From Paraspadella gotoi (lineage: Eukaryota; Animalia; Chaetognatha), in NCBI GenBank assembly GCA_051294375.1, contig CM119264.1, forward strand, positions 19,723,590 through 19,787,589: 64,000 bases of DNA, in the 5' to 3' direction. The notes under the pieces were generated by a model that was given only the letters and a program-made list of their open reading frames with translations, had not been told where the DNA came from and did no database searches. Below, in pieces: positions 1-13,400 of the stretch. The translations under genes and the position numbers were made by a program. The number at the start of each line of letters is the position of its first letter. Within the stretch, counting starts at the first letter, position 1.

Positions 1-66
1 AAAAGTTGGAAAGGGATCGTGGAGGTAAAAAAGTTAGGATCGTGGAGGTAAAAAAGTTAGGATTGT
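1..66. repeat. Short tandem repeat, ~24-nt unit (aaaagttaggatcgtggaggtaaa)
   Basis: About 2.5 copies visible at the window start. Confidence 0.7.
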
Positions 67-661
67 CAAACAAAGTTTCAAAATCGATTTAACACCTGAG
101 GCTTAGTTCTACCGTGGCTTCGAAAAATATACCTTGAGCACATGATGCTGAATTGACGTTACTCTTTCAAAGTTATCTCAGTCAAAATGGCCCTACTAGT
201 TGCCTCAACCTTTAGGGATGATGTTGTAAAAACAAAAACGGCTAATTCAAGAACTAAAACAAACACCAAAAATATCATACCAAATACAACCACAATGACT
301 ATGTACAACGACCACAATCACCATAACACTTCAACCTACCTAACCACCGCAGCTATGTACCTCAACCACAAGAACAACAATGAACACCGATAACATGGAA
401 AACGACCATAGAAACAACCATCACAACCGCCTAATAACCACAATCATGATAATGATGATAACATAATTACAACCACCCCAATGTATACCACCGCTACAAT
501 GACCTCAAATAATACAACCACAACCGCCATAATCATCTAGTCCCCTTAACTATCTCAATCATAACAGCACCAACCATAATAACATGTTACAGGGTTCTGA
601 CTTAAAATCTGTCTGTCTAAATATGATCATCCCACACGCAAGACTGTTTTACGGAATTGTT

Positions 662-1192
662 TTTATCGAGCCTACCGGCAAAGCCGGTTCAGGCTCGATA
701 TTGATTTGTGTGAGCTTCTTTGTGACGTCGTCGTCGGCGTCACGCATTTTTGTATAAAAACTACTACGCTGTTATAGTTTTGGCTGGGACATACCGTTTT
801 TTTTTAAATGAAAATTATTATGAATTACGATGAAGTTTTCTTTTTTGCATTAATGAATGACTATCATCGCATCAATGAATGACTATCATTGCATCAATGA
901 ATGACTATCATCGTATCAATGAATGATTATCATCACATCAATGAATGACTATCATCGCATCAATCATTTGGTTATTATCACATCAATCATTTGGTTATCA
1001 TGACATCGATCATTTGGTTATCATCGTATCAATTATTGGTTATCATCGCATCAATTATTGGTTATCATCGCATCAATATTTGGTTATCATCGCATCAATC
1101 ATTTGGTTATCATCGCATCAATCCTGTGGTTATCATCGCATCAATATCTGGTTATCATTGAAGGTAGGCTCGATCCTATTCTTTTAAGATTT
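662..1192 (+). mobile_element. HINE/DINE-like non-autonomous Helentron, family 2, with a 22-bp central tandem array (853-1160)
   Basis: 5' ATCGAGCCT...AGGCTCGAT inverted repeat, GTC microsatellite, 22-mer array (tcaatgaatgactatcatcgca-like), 3' AGGCTCGAT followed by a short hairpin; T-run flanks. Confidence 0.65.
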
Positions 1193-1508
1193 TTTTTCTT
1201 TCTATCTTTTGGATTGTATTCAGTATTCAAGAACAACGATAATTTATAGACAGGACAAGGCCCAATGGAAAGAGAAAATGAAGCGGGCGTTCACAATTTT
1301 GTCATAAATCTAAAAAATATAGTAATATTTATCATGACTTATCATCTGATTAGCTAAATCTCAAACTCTCATACTAGAGAAGCAGTAAAAGTTTTTTTTG
1401 AAGAACATTTTTATCGTGATGCTGTTATCTGCAATTTGGTTAGGTTTTTTTTATTAATCATTTTTAAAACGGGTAAACATTTCATTTAAATTTATTTCTT
1501 TTTTTCAG

Positions 1509-1784
1509 ACTATCCTCATTTAGAAAATTTAGAAAATATAACAGTAAACGAAAATGATTCTGCATTACTTTCAGTAGATATATTTTCTATACCAAACCCA
1601 AGTGTAGATTGGTATAAAGATGAACGAATTCTAGATGAAACTAGCAATATCCATTTCAAGCAAAAAGAGAATACCTATTTCTTACTGTTAGATTGCGTTT
1701 CTGAGGCAGACGGTGGATTGTACAAAGTTAAAGCTGTAAATGATGTTGGAGAAGCAATTGGTAGTGCTGAGCTTACAGTATTAG
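1509..1784 (+). CDS. Ig exon 1 (one domain, phase 1-1)
   Basis: tttcag|AC...TTAG|gttcgt; 276 nt; PKPSVDWYKD...DGGLYKVKAVNDVGE. Confidence 0.9.
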
Positions 1785-4700
1785 GTTCGTAACAAAGCTA
1801 AAAACTTGTAATCCTTTCCTGTTGAATTTAACGCAAGTGGAACACAAAACCCCTACTGTAAATAAGAAAAAATCGTTTTTATTTATTTTTATAAGGATGT
1901 AATTACATAAAAATACTTTATAATAATACTAGTGTTATTCCTTATAATCCTAATACTCAGACTCCAGCGATTATTTTTATAATATCTATTTTTATTATTA
2001 TGATGAAAATGCTTGAATTTTACATGTATAGTAGTATTTTACGATATTTTATTTACATTTTAGTTCCACCTGTATTTGAAAACAATTTGTCAAACAAAAC
2101 AGTAACTGCAGGCAGTATGCTAGAATTATTTGTGGTGGTAAGGTCAAATCCAAAAGCAAATATTACATGGTACAAGGATGAAGAACCAATCGGTATTTCG
2201 GAAAGATTAGAGTTCAGTAATGAAGAAAGAATTTACAAATTATCAATCAAAAATGTTCAAAAGGTAGATGGAGCTGTTTATGCTGTAAGCGCAAATAACA
2301 TATTGGGAGAAGCAAGGACAAAAGCAAAAATTTCAATTCAAGGTAGATATATATCTTTGAACACCAATTTCAGGCTTAATTTTACTTTCAGAGACTTGAC
2401 ATCCCTGAACAAACCCTGTTCAGTGTTTTTTAGTCGGATCTGCTTGTCAGCAGATCCCGACTCTAAAATTCACTTTATTGGTCCGTCGGTCCGCTCCCTC
2501 AATCTTGCCGGGCATTCACTTATATCATGTCAGAACATCGAATTATGATAAATTATTAAAAAAAAACGATGTCCGTCCATCCGTTTCTCTAATTGATTAT
2601 GCTTCTTTTTATTTTTATATTAAATGTAAATACAAGATGTGTTAATCAATCAAATAATTAATCAGTTAATTAGTTAATTAATCAATAATTAATTAATCAG
2701 TCAATTAATCAATTAATTATCAAATCAATTAATTATTTATGTCAGTTAATTATTCAACCAATCAATTTATTTATTAATTAATTATTTAATCAATCAATCA
2801 AGTCAATAGTTATCGGCATTATTTTCGTCATCGCTATCATTGTCGTCGTTGCTTTGTCAGTGACGAAAAGACCTAAACAAACATTTTGGATCAAATTAAT
2901 TAATTTATTAATTAACTTCCGCTAATGATCGTGAAAGTGGAAATAAGTTTAAATGAAAAAAACAAAAGTCATATTTACTTGAAGCATTTTGAATTATATT
3001 TACTCATAATTATTATATTGATTAAAAATTGGATTGATAAATTTAAATGAAGTTTTGTGTGTGGGTAGGAAACTATGAGATTAAGCTGGATATAAGTTTT
3101 GATGGAATCGTAGGAGTGGAAAAGAGTTTAATACAGAAAATCCAAAGTAGCCATAGCCGATGAAATTTTAATGCTAATGTATACAACGTTAAAATAATCT
3201 ATCATGAGCATTGATTATAGTATTAAAATATTTTTTGTCAAAAATGATTTTTTTCTGAGGGTACTAGCCTAATTAAAATTATTATATTACTATATAATTT
3301 TTTTTTTAATCTTAAAATTTTTCATTGGATTCTGATAGAGCATAAAAAGTTAAACAAGAAATATAATTACAGCTTTTATAAATTATTATGTTTTCTTAGT
3401 CAAAATTTAAAAAAACTGATAAAATCATCAAAAGATGATGATGATGACGATTTTTTATGTTTTTTCTTATTTTTCTTATATTTCAAAAAGAATTATACTT
3501 TGAGTAGACAACTTTTTATCGGCTATCTGAATCTGGTCTTAAAATTTAAAAATTCTCAAAAAAATTTTGGCTTTTCCTATCTATAAATAAATATTAAAAA
3601 ATTAATTACTAGGGTATAGAGCCATTTAAGAAATTTTTTGTTCATTGAAAGTATACTTAAAAATGTATAACTTTTTGTTTGAGCTTGTACTCACTCTAAA
3701 TTTATTAATCACCCCATTGAGTGCGGCTACCCCTACCCAAAGACACATTTACCATGAAAGAAAAAAAATTGTGGCTGTAGAAAATGTTTATTATTTTCTA
3801 TGCCACGAGGGTCGCGCGTTCGATTCGTCGGCTGTAGGTTAAACTGGCTTTAACATGGAGCAAGGTTTTCTAAATCTCGAATGACGTAAAATTCGAATAA
3901 ATGATGAATAAATCGTGAATAAATTGTGCATAAGTTTATTATTGTAGAGGTAAATAAATGGCGAATTTAAAGTAATACAATAAGTTCATGTAGAAAATCC
4001 TTGGATTCCATCAAAACTACGGTTCCATACAGCCGATCTTTTCCAGAGAAACGATTATAATCAAATGACAAGTGACGAGGTTTTGAATTTAGACCCATTA
4101 GAGCTGGACCTCCCTGTAATGACCAAGGTAAAGAAACAATAAAAAAAACAAAAATTGAAGGCTTCATATTAGAAAATGATATGCTGCTTTTTCGAGCCGA
4201 AAATCGGTTTTGGAATAACCACTGGACCAAATATATTGAAATTTTGTACATATGATCCTTAATAGTTTCATTTGTATAGCCAAAGTCTACCTTCATGCCA
4301 AATTTTATCAACTTTGATTGAGTAATTTTTGCGGAATCGTTTCTCGTCTCTAAAAACGGCGTATCATTTTCTAATATGAAGCCTTCTGTAACAATAGTAA
4401 TAATTTTTTCGACTGTATAATATGCAGTCGAATAATATGCAGTGCATATTTTAATCTATGAGACTGCACATCGCGTCCTAACTAAAACCAAAAGAAAATC
4501 CCAAACCTTATTAGTCAGGAGCTGTCATTAAAATCTGAGTTTAACTATTCTGTAATGTAAATTTATTATATAATTTTTTAACTTGATTTAGCTGCGGCCT
4601 TGTTGATCAAACCACTTGCCAATATTTGTGCAAAAAAAGGAGATGCTGCGAAATTTCATTGTATTGTTACCGGATTACCATATCCAATTGTTAAATGGTC

Positions 4701-7442
4701 CAAAAATAATGAAGAAATAGTGGTAAAAAAAGATTACCAAATATTTAATGAAGATGATGATCATTTCTTAATCATTAATAATTTGTTAAGAGAAGATACT
4801 GGTATTTATTCAGTCGCCATAAAAAATGAAAGTGGTCATGATTCCAGCTCTGCAGAGTTAGAAGTATATGGTAAGTTTATCCTTTAGATTATTTATACTT
4901 TTTACTTTTATGCTTTTTGTTATTAAAATTTTTTGTCATTAATATTTTTCAGTTCCTCCAGAAATTTTAGATTTACCCAAAGTATTAGAAATAAAGGAGG
5001 GAAGTTCAGTAGAAATAAAAGCTAAGATCGTAGGAGTACCAGTTCCAGACATTGTAATACTAAAAGAAAATGAAAAGATATCAATCTCCCATGTGATGAA
5101 AATTAGCAATGATGAATATTTATTATTTGCACTCAATAATGTTACAATACTGGAAAGTGCTACATATTCTGTGATAACTACAAATGCAATTGGACGAGAT
5201 GAAAAAAGTATGGAGATTGTTGTACAAGGTGATGACAAAAAATTTGATACCTCAACATAAACATTCACATATTAATAAAAATCATTCTGAATTAGTTCTA
5301 AATTAAGTCTTTGGGTGTTGAAAGTTTTTAGTTGCCCCGTATATACTAATTGAAACTTATAGAATGTCAGAGAACCGGGCCAGAATACTTACAAAATCAG
5401 GCTAAAATTTAATTTGTTTTCAAAGTAATGAAAAGTATTATCTTTTTGCTTTTTTATCCATTAATTTTCTATTTGCTTTTTTCTAGCTCCTCCAAAAGTA
5501 GAGTTCTTAGACGAAAATTATGTTGTGGGATTATCAGAATGCCTTACAATTTCTGTTATTGTAAGTGGAGTGCCTGAACCAAAAGTTGTTTGGAACAAGA
5601 ATGGAGAGCATGTAATTGAAACAGAAAACGTTTTACTTCAAAAAACGCAGACTATACACCATTTGATAATAAAAAAAGCTTTCAAAACTGATTCAGGAAG
5701 TTATAAAATTATTGCTTCAAATTGTTTTGGGACTGTAGAGGCGAAATGCAATATAGCTGTAGAATTTTCCCCAGAATTACTTGAAAATTTAAATGATTCA
5801 GAAGTAGTAAGATTTACTTCACTTTTACTCGAGGTCATAATCAGCGGATGTCCATCTCCACAAGTTTTATGGTCAAAAAATGAAAATATCATTGAAGAAA
5901 ATAGCAATTTTAGCATAATAAATGACAATGGTAAATACAGTCTCCTGATTAAAGAAGTAACAGAGCAAAATGTGGGTCTTTACAAAGTTACAGCAAGCAA
6001 TTCTATTGGAAAGATATCATCTGAAGCCAATGTTGCAATTATAGGTAAATATTTTAGTCGGATCTGATTATCAGCAGATCCCGACTCTATAATTCACTTT
6101 GTCGGTCCGTCAGTCCGCCCCCTCAATATTGTCGATCACTCACTTATATGTCAGAACATCGAATTATGATAAATTATGAAAAAAAAATGATGTCCGTCCG
6201 TCCGTCCGTCCGTCCGTCCCACCTTAGCAAAAAACACCAATTACTCTTGATTGGACGGATGGATTTGAATAAAATTTTGTGTGTGGGTAGGGAAGTATGT
6301 GATTGAGCTGGATATGAAGTTTCGATGGAATCGTCCTAGTGGAAATGAGTTTAAATGGAAAAAACAAAAAAATATATTTCATTATTTTAACACCAATTGC
6401 TCATGATTGACCTGGAATTTTGTATGTGGGGAGGAAAGTGTGTGATTGAACAGGAAATCAAGTTTCGATGGAATCGTTTGAGTGGAAATGAGTTTAAATG
6501 GAAAAAAACAAAAAACCTGTTTCACTAATTGATTATGCTTCTTTTCTTTTTATAATAAATGTATATGCAGGATGTATTAATAAATCAAATAATTAATCAG
6601 TTAATTAATCAATTAGTCAATTAATGAATCAATAATTAATTAATCAGTCAATAAATCCGTCCATCCGTCCCACCTTAGCAAAAAGCTCCAATAACTCGTG
6701 ATTACCTGGTTGGATTAGAATGAAATTTTGTGTGTGGGTAGGAAAGCTGGATATAAAGTTTCGATGGAATTGTGTGAGTGGAAATGAGTTTAAATGAAAA
6801 AAACATAAGTCGCATTTACTAAAATCTTTTTACTTATTTTAATCAATAAATACTCTAATTAATCATAATTGGATGGATAGATTGAGTACAAATTTTTTGT
6901 GTGTGACGAAGCTTGATATAAAGTTTCGGTATGAGTGGAAATGAGTTTAAATGAAAAAAATATGAGTCACATTTACTTGAATCTTTTTACTTATTTTAGC
7001 CCATAATAGATTGAGATGAAATTTTGTGAGTGGGTAGAAAAGTGTGTGAAGAAGCTAGATATAAAGTTTTGACGGAATTGTCCTCGTGGAAATGAGTTTA
7101 AATGGAAAAAAAATAAGTCACATTTACTTGAATCTTTATTATTTATGATTACCAATAAATGTTTTAATTAATTAATTAATTATTTAGTTACAAAATGTGA
7201 AAAATGATGCAATTTAAAAAAATTATGCAAGTAGAAAAAATGATGCAAGTTGAAAAAATGATGCAAGTTAAAAAAATCTTAAAAGCATAAAGATCGTCGC
7301 AATTGCATAAAAAGAGAGAGAGAAAGAGATAAAAACGAAATAAAAGCACGATAATGCGATAGCAAAATGTAAACATGCACAAATGCGATGCTTAATTTTA
7401 CGAGTTCAATCCTAATTCAATTTTTTTTGGATAAAAACGCAT

Positions 7443-7491
<49 letters not shown>

Positions 7492-10400
7492 ACCGCAGCA
7501 GCAGAGGCAGCCAAAAAAAAGAAATAAATCAAAAGGCCGCAGCAGAAGCAGCAGGAGAAAAGAGATAAAAAGAAAGAGCCCCTGCAGAGCCAGCTGCAGA
7601 CTCGTTTTTTTCCGATGAATCAGCACTAAAAATGATCATAAAAATGATGTAAGTTGAAAAAATGATGCGAATTGTAAAAATGATGCAAATTGAAAAAATG
7701 ATGGGAGTTGAAAAAATGATGTGTTGAAAAAATTATGCGAGTTAAAAAAAATTTAAAAAAAAATTGTGATTTATCATCTGATTAGCTGATTACCGCTTAA
7801 TTATCGTAGGAAGATCCGACATTGTTTGCTCAAACTTGTTTCATCTTATTTATCTAATATAATTAACTTTTAGCTGAACCTACCTTATCAAAACTAATAT
7901 CAAAAAAGTTAATTGTTGGTGAAACTGAAGAAATAAAGATAGATTTTTTTGGAATACCTGAACCTGACATCACCTGGAAAAAGGATGATAATTTCATTCA
8001 ACAAAATGAACGAATAAAATTATATAAAAAGGAAGGACAAAGTGTTTTGGTCATTTCAAAAATAGAAGAAGTTGATGAAGGGATGTATGATATTGAAGCT
8101 ATTAATAAAGCCGGGAAAACATCGACTAGTGCAAATCTTACAGTTCAAGGTACTTGGTTATTTATCATTATACTTTTACTTTAAACCTAAATCCCATGCT
8201 TACAAGAAAATCTCCACTAGATTGGTGGCTTATATTCCGCTAACCGCTCATTGCAATGAGTTTTGTAATCTCAATTGATTCGTTTTTGTATAGAACTGAG
8301 ATAGACAACTGACAAAATTATCGAAATCATTCAAAAGAAGGGGTCAAAAGAGAAACAAAAAGTTTAAGCAATCAATGCCAGATTCACCGACTATAAAATA
8401 AAATGATTAAATGATTTTCATCGATTTATGATGAAATCTGTGACGATTAAATGAGTTTTCTCTTTAGCTACAACATCTATCTTCTCTCTTTTTACAGTTT
8501 TTTCTGTTTTTTTTTTTTAGCTTTTCTTTGTATTGAATTTTTATTTTTTCATTTTTTTCCTCTTCATTATTTTATTTTCCTATAAACATTACTGCTTTAT
8601 CTTTCTTTCATTCTATTTTTTCATTCACTAATTTCTCACTTTTTTTAAGATGTCCATTTTCATTCTCATTTCTTTTATTATTACTTTATCTTCACTGAAA
8701 TATTTTTTTTTTCATTTTATATTCTTTTGTTTTTAGACGGATCTGCTCTGAGGAGATTTCGGCTCTATAATAAACTTTGTCGGTCTGTCGGTCCCATGCA
8801 AAAATATTATCGGTAATTCACCTCGATCATCTCAGAACATTGGATTATGATAAATTATGCAAAGAAAAATAATGTCGGTCTGTCCATTCGTCCGTCCCCC
8901 ATTCACTTTGAACGACAATGACTGAGCGATTATCGGGCGATTCACCATAAATTTTGTATGTATGCACATTTTGACGTAATCACACTAGTCGAAATGAGTT
9001 TGAATGGAAACAAGTTTGAGCGAAAAATGTCGAAACTGCCCATGATTATTTAGGCAATTGATTAATTTGATCCCAAATGTTTGTTTTAAGGTCTTTTTGT
9101 CACTAACCACAACAAAAGCAATAAGGACGATGAGAATAATGCCGATAATGATTGACTTAATTTATTGACTGATTATTTAATTATTAATTATATGACTAAT
9201 TGATTAATTAACTGATTAATTATTTGATTAATTAATACATCTTGCATTTACATTTAATATAAAAATAAAAATAAGTATAATCAATTAGTGAAACAGGTTT
9301 TTTGTTTTTTTCCATTTAAACTCATTTCCACTCTAACGATTCTATCGGAAATTGATTTCCAGTTTAATCACACACTTTCCTACCCACATACAAAATTTCA
9401 GGTCAATCGCCCCATGCACTCATTAGTAATTGGCGTTCAAATAGTGAAATATATTTGTTTGTTTTTTCCAATTAAACTCATTTTCACTCCATTGAAACTT
9501 CATATCCATATCACACACTTCCCTACCCACATACAAAATTTCATTCCAATCCATCCATCCAATCACGAGTAATTAGTGTTTTTTGCAAAGGTGGGACGGA
9601 TGGACAGACAGATGGACATCATTTTTTTTTGCATAATCCTAATTCGATGTTCTGACATGATATAAGTGAGTGCCCGACAAGATTGAGGGGGCGGACTGAC
9701 AGACCGACAAAGTGAATTATAGAGTCGGGATCTGCTGATAAGCAGATCCGATTAAAAACAAAAATTATGTTTAACTATTGAGTTTTGCTTCTTTAAATTT
9801 TGAGATGGAGTCAATTAAGGTTAAAAAACTATATATTATAATTATTGATTATAAACTATGTTAAATCAAAAAAATTGTAAGATTATTCATAACTTATCAT
9901 TTTATTTTTCTTTTATTCAATTTTTTCCCTTTATTCCTTTTAGTCGGATCTGCTTTCAGCACATCCCGACTCTATAATTCACTTTGTCGGTTCGTCGGTC
10001 CGCCCCCTCAATATTGTCGGGCATTCACTTATATCATGTCAGAACATCGAATTATGATAAATTATGCAAAAAAAACGATGTCCGTCCATCCGTCCATCCG
10101 TTCGATGGATGGATGGATTGGAATGAGATTTTGTGTGTGGGTAGGGAAGTGTGTGATTGAGCTGTATATGAAGTTTTGATGGAATCGTCCGAGTGGAAAT
10201 GAGTTTAAATTGAAAAAACAAATAAATATATTTCACTACTTGAACAAAAATTATGCATGAGTGAATGGGGCGATTGACTTGATATTTTGTATTTGGGTAG
10301 AAAAGTGTTTGATTAAACTGGAAATCAAGTTTCGATGGAATATTTGAGTGGAAATAAGTTTAAATGGAAACAACAAAGAACATATTTCACTAATTGATTA

Positions 10401-13400
10401 TGCTTCTTTTTCTTTTTATCTTAAATGTAAATGCAAGAAGTATTAATTAATCAAATAATTACTCAGTTAATTAATCAATTAGTCAATTAATTAATCAATA
10501 ATTAATTAATCAAAACAAACATTTTGGATCAAATTAATTAATTAATTGCCTAATTAATTAAATAATTAACTTGCATAAATTAATTATTAATTAAATAATT
10601 AATTAACTTGAATTAATTATTAATTAATTAATTACCGATAATGATCGTGGGCAGATCCAATATTGTTTGCTCAAACTTGTTTTTTATTTTCTTGCTTTTT
10701 TTTTCGTTCTTTTTCTTTTAATCATATTAATTATTTTCATTCATTTGTTAATTCATTTTTACTATTTGGTCAGTTATTTTCCTTCATTCATTTTTGTATA
10801 TTCAAAAAAGAGAATCTAAAAATTAAATGGTACCAAGAGCCTTTTGTTTTTAGTCGGTTCTGCTTATCAGCAGATTCCGACTCTATAATTCACTTTGTCG
10901 GTCCGTCGGTCCCACCCCAAAATATTGTCGGTAAATCATTATTATCATATCAAAACCTCGAATTATGATAAATTATGCAAAAAAAATGATGTCCGTCCGT
11001 CCGTCCGTCCATCCCACCTTAGCAAAAAACACCAATTACTCGTGATTTTATGGATGAATTGGAATGAAATTTTGTGTGTTGGTAGGAAACTGTGTGATTG
11101 AGCTGGATATGAAGTTTCGATGGAATCGTGCAAGTGGAAATTGGTTTAAATGTAAAAAAACCAAAAAATCTATTTCACTATTTGAACGCCAATTGCTCAT
11201 GAGTGGATAGGGAAATTAACTTGAAATTTTGTATGATGGTAGGAAAATGTGTGATTGAGCTGGATATAAAGTTTTGATGGAATTGTGCGAGTGGAAATGA
11301 GTTAAAATAGAAAAAACAAAAGTCATATTTACTTGAATTATTTTTACTTAAATTTACTTATAATTATTATGTTTATAAAAAATTGGATAGATAAATTGAA
11401 ATGGAAATTTGTGTGTGGGTAGGAAAGTATGTGATAAAGCTGGATATAAATTTTTTGATGGAATCGTAGGAGCGGAAAAGAGTTCAAATTAGAAAACCAA
11501 AAGACACATTTATTTCTCTCTTGTTTATTTCTCTCTCTCTATCTCTCTCTGATTGATTGATTGATTGCGTGATTGATTGACCAAATTATGCCAATTGACA
11601 AAAATATGCCAGTTGACCAAATTCTGCAAGTTGACCAAATTATGCCAGTTGACCAAATTATGCCAGTTGACCAAATTATGCCAGTTGATAAAATTATGCC
11701 AGTTGACCAAATTATGCTGGTTGACCAAATTATGTTAATTGACCAAATTATGTCAGTTAAACAAATTATATCAGTTAACCAAATTATGTCAGTTAAACAA
11801 ATTAAGTCAGTTGTTTAAATTATGTCAGTTGACCAAATTATGTCAGCTAACCAAATTATGTCAGTTGACCAAATTATGTCAGTTGACCAAATAATGCCAG
11901 TGGACCAAATAATGCAAGTTGACCAAGTTAGCTTATTACCACTTAATTATCGTAGGCAGATCCGACATTGTTTGCTCAAAGTTGTTTCTATCGCGTGTTG
12001 ATGTCGAGGCTCTGTTGCTTTTCTCGATGATCCCGGCTTTCTTTGGCAATATCATGGGTTTCTCTAATCATCTCTTTCATCATTTGAAGGAGTTCGCCCA
12101 GCTTGGATCCAAGCTGCATTTCTGTTTGATCCAGTTGTGAGTTTATTCTGGATTCGCTTTCGTCAATCCGTTGATTCATATGTTGATAATTCTGTTGTTG
12201 TTTTAAGTTATTGTCGTTCACCAGCTTCAGAATTTGACGAACGCATTCTGCCTGTTGATTTTCTTGCAGTCATTGGTCTCGCAACGCCCCTGAGACTTCA
12301 AAGGTGTGGAAGTCCAGATCGATGCTACCCCCTTCGCTTTTGGTGGAGCTTCCGGGTCCCGTTGGCGCCGCCGGTGCCGTCTTTTTCCTGACGCCGATGT
12401 CCATTTTCTTTAGTGAGGTCGTGGTAAGGCCTTGTCTTTTCTTATTGGAGTCGTGTTTTGTCGAATCCACTCCGGTCACCACATTTAAGTAAGAAGACAG
12501 AGCTTTCAACATGAAACCAAAGTGGATTTTATTCTCAGAAAAGTCACAAGCAAAGACGGTGTGAGAATTTGTGGCAGATGGATTCAATACAATACAATCG
12601 GATCATCGACACGGGCTAATTTTCCTCTACTCATTGGTCAATTCCGATGATGATTCGTCCAATCAGAGAGTCCTCGCTGGATTTCTTCCGAGTCGCTGAT
12701 CCGATTCCATTCTTGGTTCTGATTCCATCTGCGATGCTATTTTCATTTGCACGATTCCATCAAAACTTTATGTACAATTTTATCACAGACTTTTGTACCA
12801 ACACACAAAATTTCAACCTAATCAATTTAAATCCGAGATGGGTCTGATTCAATGTTCTAAGATGTTCTAAGTGATTGATCAACCAAATAATGGGGGGTGA
12901 CTGACAGACCGACAAAATCAATTAAAGAGCCGGAATATGCTTTAAGCTAAAAGTAAATAATAAAATGTGCCATGAAATTATCTTGAAAGAGAGTTTAAGG
13001 AGTTAGCTCATGATAAATAGAGTATTATTATAATCTCAAATAACCTCCCTGTTTTTATCTATAGGAACTTAAAAAAATTTGACATGGTATGCAAAAACCA
13101 TCATTTGTAGGCATTGCCGTTGGATTTTTCAGCATCGATCAAAATAAAAAAATGAGCCTAGTTTTTAAATATATTCTCTTTTTTCTTCTATCATAAACCG
13201 TTTGTGCTGTAAGCAATAGAAGTTAGTCCCATTAGAGCTGGAACTCCCTATATAATAATTTTATTTTATATTATATATATTATTATTTTATATTATATTA
13301 TTATATATATTATTTTATATTAGTAATTCTCAAGTAAACTTTTGTTTTAACATTATATACTTTATTTTCATTCAGTTTTACCACGATTTGATAAAGCTTT

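Noticed and set aside
187-590. T/N/H-rich ORF
   Set aside because: Product of a degenerate (ACA/ACC)n tract with no Ig pattern.
4939-5268. Minus-strand ORFs overlapping Ig exons (also 5701, 17443, 17827, 19823)
   Set aside because: Antisense shadows of the real + strand exons.
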